Assembly: GCA_023128455.1 (NCBI GenBank) | Contig: JAGMDW010000185.1 | Span: 1-36,980, forward strand | Reading direction: 5' to 3' | Source: Desulfurellaceae bacterium | GTDB taxonomy: Bacteria > Campylobacterota_A > Desulfurellia > JAGGSF01 | DNA length: 36,980 nt | Part shown: positions 36,349 through 36,980 of the stretch, one piece after another | Layout of the letters: each line of letters begins with the position of its first letter | How positions within the stretch are numbered: position 1 is the first letter of the stretch | Position numbers and translations under genes: made by a program | Notes under the pieces: model-generated | Databases searched by the model: none | Told to the model about the DNA's origin: nothing | The model's input: only the letters and a program-made list of their open reading frames with translations

Positions 36349-36980
36349 GTGTGGTTTTTTCCTTTATGCACTTCTATTCTATTGATAGCAAGCATCTATA
36401 CACCAATAGTGGTGTATTTCTCTTTTATACCACTGTTTTTATTCTTATATGAAATTAAAAAGAACTATCTATGGATATATATCGGCATTTTGCCATTTTT
36501 ACTGTTCGTCTATTTTGGTGTATTCCAAGCTGTTCATAATTATGCAGGAATCCCATTTGTCTTTTCCGCCATTTTATTACTTCTTCTCTCTACATATCAT
36601 GCACTGTACATTTTGGCATTTTCCTTCACCTGTAGAAAACTAAACATATTTCTTGCTCCGTTTGCATGGATATTTTTTGAGTTTATAAAGAACAATCTCT
36701 TGGGTGGTCTGCCCATAATAGATACAAGCAAACTTATTCATCTTTTACCATTTGTCCAATGGTCTTCTTTGTTTGGTTCCTATTTTTTATCCTTCTATGT
36801 GATTTTGATAAATGTGCTGTTTTTCTGTTTTTTACACAGGAAAAGATTTATTTACTTATTTTCTGGAGTTTTTTTACTTGTTTTTCTATTCGTTGGTGGA
36901 AAATTCATGATGAATGATGCAAAAGGTAAAGTAAATGTGTGTATAATTCAGGGGAATATACCACAGGATGAAAAATGGCA
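36349..36980 (+). CDS. lnt: Apolipoprotein N-acyltransferase, 5' part (runs off the window end)
   Basis: Manual translation of frame +1 from GTG 36349 is open to the end: MWFFPLCTSILLI...AWIFFEFIK..LGGLP...QWSSLFGSYFLSF...N...VCIIQGNIPQDEKW. Multi-TM N-terminus plus the Lnt QGNI....KW motif. Absent from the ORF track. Confidence 0.88.
   Translation, partial: MWFFPLCTSILLIASIYTPIVVYFSFIPLFLFLYEIKKNYLWIYIGILPFLLFVYFGVFQAVHNYAGIPFVFSAILLLLLSTYHALYILAFSFTCRKLNIFLAPFAWIFFEFIKNNLLGGLPIIDTSKLIHLLPFVQWSSLFGSYFLSFYVILINVLFFCFLHRKRFIYLFSGVFLLVFLFVGGKFMMNDAKGKVNVCIIQGNIPQDEKW

Noticed and set aside
36255-36643. ORF-track calls 36255..36452 and 36449..36643
   Set aside because: Out-of-frame overlaps of the hflC end and the real lnt frame.
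1-36980. CRISPR array, rRNA, riboswitch, IS element, toxin-antitoxin or defence system
   Set aside because: I saw no spaced repeats, transposase or nuclease motifs. Intergenic space is minimal and showed no recognisable structured RNA other than the tRNA. An Rfam/Infernal scan would be needed to exclude weak ncRNAs.

Overview
This is an AT-rich bacterial chromosomal window of mostly housekeeping cell-envelope genes. UvrC motifs, an MqnP-type prenyltransferase and a DUF374/LpxJ acyltransferase suggest a Campylobacterota (Desulfurellia-like) or deltaproteobacterial-type anaerobe (inference). Positions 59-26917 are one tightly packed minus-strand run: tRNA-Arg(CCG), then 26 CDS. In order these are DciA/DUF721, UDP-HexNAc dehydrogenase, bamD, Hsp20, lon, lolC/E-like, lolD, bamA, skp, lpxD, fabZ, lpxA, lpxB, lpxJ-like, lpxK, msbA, waaA, two GT9 heptosyltransferases, a CE4 deacetylase, a GT4, uvrC, a TPR lipoprotein, pgsA, a UbiA/MqnP prenyltransferase and a small membrane protein. 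A 1.8-kb plus-strand islet follows, with an OFA-family MFS transporter and a 62-aa membrane protein. Next is a minus-strand operon (ACT protein, paaK-like ligase, HIT, lapA, lapB), then plus-strand typA, hflK, hflC and the 5' part of lnt, which the ORF track misses. I see no mobile element, CRISPR array, rRNA or defence system, and no clear-cut novel system. The best leads are an LpxK with several substituted conserved residues plus long-chain acyl rulers (possibly atypical lipid A), a GT9-GT9-CE4-GT4 core-modification module, and an unusual MFS leader with an orphan perfect Shine-Dalgarno and two 11-bp tandem repeats. Reference residue numbers are from memory and need alignment checks.
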